DNA of 64,000 bases, from positions 1,615-65,614 of the forward strand of contig CAXTBR010000017.1 in assembly GCA_964242785.1 (NCBI GenBank). Direction: 5' to 3'. Numbering within the stretch: position 1 is the stretch's first letter; each line of letters begins with the position of its first letter. This DNA is from an uncultured Lichenihabitans sp. GTDB lineage: Bacteria; Pseudomonadota; Alphaproteobacteria; Rhizobiales; Beijerinckiaceae. The notes below the pieces were generated by a model. It saw nothing but the letters and a program-made list of their open reading frames with translations. It ran no database searches and was not told the origin of the DNA. Below are positions 62,414 to 64,000 of this stretch, piece after piece. A program made the translations under genes and the position numbers.

Positions 62414-63735
62414 GCCGGCACCCCCTTGGCGGCACCCTGCCCGGCCCCCTTCTCCTTGCGCTCGAACAGCTTGCGGAACACCGGATAGATCTCGGCGCGG
62501 TGGCGCACCTTGCACATGGCGAAGTCGGAGCCGGATTTCGCCACCGCCTCGTAGGTCCGCCACAGCTCGGTCTGCCGCTGCACGAAGCCCATGTGCGGCG
62601 TCTCGTTCTCGCGGCCGACTTCGAGGTAGGCGAAATACTGGCACAGCGGCAGCACGCCGTCGCGCAGCGTCGTGGCGGTGCGCTCGGTGTCGCCCGACGA
62701 GTTGTCGCCGTCGGAGGCCTGGGCCGTGTAGATGTTCCAGTCGTCGCGCGGGTAGCGCGCCTCCACCACCCGCATCATCTCGTCGAGCGCGCTCGACACC
62801 ACCGTGCCGCCGGTCTCGGGCGAGGAGAAGAACGTCTCCTCGTCGACCTCCTTGGCCTCGTGGGTGTGGCGGATGAAGACGATGTCGACGTTCTTGTAGC
62901 GGCGCTTCAGGAAGATATAGAGCAGCGAGAAGAAGCGCTTCGCCAGGTCCTTCATGTGCTCGGTCATCGAGGCCGAGGTGTCCATCAGGCAGAACATCAC
63001 GGCCTGGGCGATGGGCTTGGGCACCGGCGTGAAGCGGCGGTAGCGGATGTCGATCGGGTCGACGAAGGACACCCGCCGCGTGCGCTCCACGAGATGCGCC
63101 AGCTCCGCCCGCAGCGTCGCCAGCCGGTCGGGGTCGAGGCCCGAGTCCGCCAGGGCCTCGACCTCGGCCTCCATCTCCCGCAGCTCTTCGCTCTTGGGCC
63201 GCTTCAGCGCGATCCGCCGCGACAGCGAATTGCGCATGGTGCGGGCCAGCGACATGTTGGCGGGGGAGCCCGCCGTCGAGTAGCCGGCGCGGCTGAGCGA
63301 CACCGAATCGGCGCTGGACAGCCGCTTCTTCGCGAGGTCCGGCAGTTCGAGGTCGTCGAAGAACAGGTCGAGGTATTCCTCGCGCGACAGGACGAAGCGG
63401 AAGTCGTCCTCGCCCGAGCCGTCCTCGGCGCCCTCGTTGCCGCGCTTGCCGCCGCCGGAGGGGTCGCGCGGGATGCTGTCGCCCTCGACGAACTTCTTGT
63501 TGCCGGGGAACAGGCCCTCGCGGGTGCCGCCCTTCGAGGAGCGGCGCAGGCGGGGCTCGCGCACCCCGTCGAGCGGGATGGACACTTCCCCGCCCTGGTC
63601 GAGGTCCTTGATGCTGCGGTCCTTGGACGAGTTGCGCACGGCCTGGCGCACCAGGGCCTTGGCGCGCCGCAGGAAGCGCTGTCGATTGGCGTGGCTCTTG
63701 CCGCTGGAGTTCAGCCGTCTGTCGACGATGTGCAT
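62410..63735 (-). CDS. YeaH/YhbH (UPF0229, vWA-like) protein
   Basis: MHIVDRRLN..GKS..NRQRF, AVMFCLMDTSASM, FIRHTHEAKEVDEETFF...ETGGTVVSSAL, AQASDGDN. Confidence 0.93.
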   Translation of the reverse strand: MHIVDRRLNSSGKSHANRQRFLRRAKALVRQAVRNSSKDRSIKDLDQGGEVSIPLDGVREPRLRRSSKGGTREGLFPGNKKFVEGDSIPRDPSGGGKRGNEGAEDGSGEDDFRFVLSREEYLDLFFDDLELPDLAKKRLSSADSVSLSRAGYSTAGSPANMSLARTMRNSLSRRIALKRPKSEELREMEAEVEALADSGLDPDRLATLRAELAHLVERTRRVSFVDPIDIRYRRFTPVPKPIAQAVMFCLMDTSASMTEHMKDLAKRFFSLLYIFLKRRYKNVDIVFIRHTHEAKEVDEETFFSSPETGGTVVSSALDEMMRVVEARYPRDDWNIYTAQASDGDNSSGDTERTATTLRDGVLPLCQYFAYLEVGRENETPHMGFVQRQTELWRTYEAVAKSGSDFAMCKVRHRAEIYPVFRKLFERKEKGAGQGAAKGVPA

Positions 63736-63760
63736 GCGCGTCCCGTTCCCCGAGGGAGGA

Positions 63761-64000
63761 TCAGCCAGCCTTCTTGACTCTCATATACCATTCCACGAGG
63801 CGGCGGACCTGACGTTCCGTGTAGCCCCGCGCCACCATGCGCTCCACGAACTCGCCATGCTTCTTCTCGGTATCGCTGTCGCGCTTGGACGAGAAGCTGA
63901 TGACGGGCAGCAGCTCCTCGACCTGGGAGAACATGCGCCGCTCGATCACGTCGCGCAGCTTCTCGTAGGAGGTCCAGGACGGGTTGCGCCCCCCGTTGTG
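63761..64000 (-). CDS. PrkA/YeaG-family ATPase/kinase (C-terminus; runs off the window end)
   Basis: NPSWTSYEKLRDVIERRMFSQVEELLPVISF...GYTERQVRRLVEWYMRVKKAG. Confidence 0.93.
   Translation of the reverse strand, partial: HNGGRNPSWTSYEKLRDVIERRMFSQVEELLPVISFSSKRDSDTEKKHGEFVERMVARGYTERQVRRLVEWYMRVKKAG

Noticed and set aside
1-64000. CRISPR array, integrase, transposase or prophage
   Set aside because: Repeats are dispersed palindromes, not regularly spaced direct repeats with spacers; no cas, recombinase, DDE or phage structural motifs were recognised.

Overview
High-GC alphaproteobacterial chromosome segment (Hyphomicrobiales; a Methylobacterium/Lichenibacterium-like host is inferred from gene content only). 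It is mostly core genome: glyQ/glyS, pepN, a PleC-like kinase, the conserved feuNPQ-lipoprotein-cycHJKL-degP-RR-HK block, rlmB, actP, a cysI-cysH sulfate-assimilation cluster, eutBC, tRNA-Thr(UGU), rpoZ, NYN-UDG-smpB-dapA-Slt, hemCD-priA, two ABC importers and the yeaG-yeaH-spoVR triad. No CRISPR array, integrase, transposase or prophage was seen. Accessory signal: (i) three toxin-antitoxin-type pairs, namely Phd-VapC inside the glyQS operon, a degenerate nucleotidyltransferase-fold/HEPN pair, and ParDE; (ii) at least five families of short non-coding palindromic/MITE-like elements, several abutting or supplying stop codons, one read through by an apparently frameshifted ccmH; (iii) candidate regulatory sites read from sequence: a perfect CtrA box with two GANTC sites before a membrane-anchored DUF2778 (L,D-transpeptidase-like) gene, a sigma-54 promoter before eutBC, and leaderless-type promoters for feuN, parD and the MNT-like gene; (iv) several small secreted low-complexity or Cys-rich proteins of unknown function. 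All family assignments come from motif recognition, not database searches.
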